Assembly (NCBI GenBank): GCA_015521535.1
Contig: WAOA01000018.1
Coordinates: forward strand, 1-26,236
Length of the DNA: 26,236 nucleotides
DNA from: Candidatus Aenigmatarchaeota archaeon
GTDB lineage: Archaea; Aenigmatarchaeota; Aenigmatarchaeia; Aenigmatarchaeales; SZUA-1535
Direction: 5' to 3'
Every line of letters starts with the position of its first letter. Positions within the stretch are counted from its first letter, which is position 1. The position numbers and the translations under genes are program-made. Under the pieces are notes generated by a model. It saw nothing but the letters and a program-made list of their open reading frames with translations. It was not told where the DNA came from and searched no databases. Positions 25,701 to 26,236 of the stretch are shown here, in pieces.

Positions 25701-26236
25701 GTAGTTTACTACCGTGCCATTAGTATAATTCCATTCAAGAAAAGCAATACTTGTGTCTTCATTTGTTGTAATATTAACATAAGTCCAGTTGTAGTCGAGA
25801 GCCTGGTTATCATCAGGTGTAGGTGAAACGAATGTTATTACCGGTCCTTGGGTATCTATTGTAAATAATACACCGGAAGAATTGACATTGTTTCCAGTAT
25901 CGTTAGCGTAAATAACCAGAGAATGCGTTCCGTCAACAAGATTTACGAGCGTGAAGTTTTCGCAGTTTGTAAGATACACATTTTCTCCGCCATCGAGTTT
26001 ATACCAGCATGTATCCACACCTAAATTATCTGTGACTGTGTAATTAACATTTATCGTATTTGTTAGATATGTAGCACCATCCTCTGGCGAAACTATAGTT
26101 ATCACCGGCGCCTGCGTATCAACGGTAAAGAATTGCTCCGCATAGCCTACATTTCCCGCGCTGTCGTTAGCGTAAACCCTAACCTTGTGGGAACCATCGC
26201 TAAGCGATGTCAAAGTTGTGTTTTCGCAGTTCGGTA
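22743..26236 (-). CDS. Giant surface adhesin-like protein, 5'-truncated by the window edge: at least 4 Ig-like repeats, DUF2341, Cys-rich insert, PGF-pre-PGF-like, CARDB, C-terminal domain A
   Basis: The frame stays open to the window end (PNCENTTLTSLSDG, so the TTG at 26213 is not a true start); YAND..G..DT..PVI repeats; CKDIRF...IPYYLE...KIWIRLP...YMYYGN; PDLVANNI...VDPANTISETNESNN; no TM anchor. Confidence 0.8.
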   Translation of the reverse strand, partial: PNCENTTLTSLSDGSHKVRVYANDSAGNVGYAEQFFTVDTQAPVITIVSPEDGATYLTNTINVNYTVTDNLGVDTCWYKLDGGENVYLTNCENFTLVNLVDGTHSLVIYANDTGNNVNSSGVLFTIDTQGPVITFVSPTPDDNQALDYNWTYVNITTNEDTSIAFLEWNYTNGTVVNYTMNTLTSRSFWFNVTDLNDGTYYYRVYANDSYNHWSASGLRSVRISTTAPVIDILSPQSKTYSTTNYIPLEVVSNKPIDTWWFSINGKANETFTPNTSIAAKPGTNELYVYANDTAGRIGWSSISFTVNATLWQDYFATKSGINQSENASVSNKLSIDFCWYIEGKCYLYRKPMIINNSQTLTDFQVNLTVDTQNLISASKMNSTCKDIRFTWINMTNGEEKEIPYYLEGNCNTTQTKIWIRLPEISAGNTTVYMYYGNMLVESESNSSSVFDSYSASQTCSGSTTGGSCPMAFNAPAGYEFYSGSVDLEAAGDLGFGGSYADNTTCAAGETYERFNVTVEGSCYGVYSPGIDGCTLTHISTWPKDVSQDIRGKTSFTVTPQVNSKVNADPATCGFYYYFRTNLSAEIRKQGYVDKVFEEVEESRKHNAWVKTILIKPLKLGKWEKFSADHILNNGNITYEVYNWNNVFLVNCTSSPSNCDLSGITSDSIYVKIGLFTKTALNGPEVYNINITWNISTPIVVNSYNSSYHVNPNTRIEIYDKNNNLVASGYGSITASLEIYENYTYKSFTPVSDGLGSRIYNLNISKMNLKIEEQVVENYAGFLPSNVSAITPIYALNDTGLAFEKAKLVIPKNGVTVQNVLHCIAWDFVNANCSQWEFIDPANLEGYGENATHIWFNVTSFEAFTGASTQPDLVANNIMFNISQENIVENQVLMITANVSEEAGVDATNVTVQLDIYSFNGTVWILKQTNESVVNITANTYELVNFTWIAKPGTWNFSVTVDPANTISETNESNNFNSTTYNVSGWAIYYGHTNGWIAIKDSAGNNFSVWIPMTQQGNLYFADYDSDYAFADLMPLNGTNDFTEADQALNMTGFSDSVEALYDKNNDGVADTTACFEIGSRTVCDVPVINSTDSNNGNFITGILWDSGDGGTEYNGTQDLIFITKINSDAQGTYGTYDYEARIPALLRDLKGTNDLIKIFMEVK

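Noticed and set aside
26211-26213. TTG as the start of the giant protein
   Set aside because: The frame is open to the window edge, begins mid Ig-repeat, and has no signal peptide; the true start lies outside the window.
1-26236. CRISPR array, tRNA, rRNA, integrase or transposase, and diversity-generating retroelement
   Set aside because: No regularly spaced repeats, cloverleaf or T-loop motifs, recombinase or reverse-transcriptase motifs, or template/variable repeat pair were seen by eye.

Overview
Archaeal genomic window (RpoF, DUF655, archaeal TATA boxes about 24 nt upstream of start codons); compact layout and surface-protein content suggest a DPANN-type lineage, which is inference. The left 7.5 kb is mostly housekeeping: rpoF-DUF655-rsmA, a MacB/FtsX-type ABC system with an S-layer-like partner, a small membrane protein, uppS, and DHH and HD phosphoesterases. 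From 7.6 kb to the window end is a cell-surface locus of about 18.6 kb made mostly of uncharacterised secreted proteins plus a MoxR-DUF58-vWA chaperone operon. Reading the proteins against each other shows a chain of shared domains: a stand-alone secreted 235-aa subunit (domain A, with its own promoter and terminator), an A+B protein, a C+CARDB+B protein, a C+beta-helix+TM-anchor protein, and a giant Ig/DUF2341/CARDB adhesin ending in an A domain that lacks the N-terminal 'AGYI..AN' strand. Two paralogous membrane-anchored proteins with triple CWB2-like repeats flank the adaptor genes. The most economical hypothesis is a non-type-IV, strand-complemented surface filament or attachment organelle (tip, shaft, adaptors, anchor); an S-layer or lattice is the main alternative. 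A nested 145-nt hairpin and repeated cis-motifs lie in the intergenic regions. No rRNA, tRNA, CRISPR array or transposase was seen. All family assignments are from motif recognition by eye; no searches were run.
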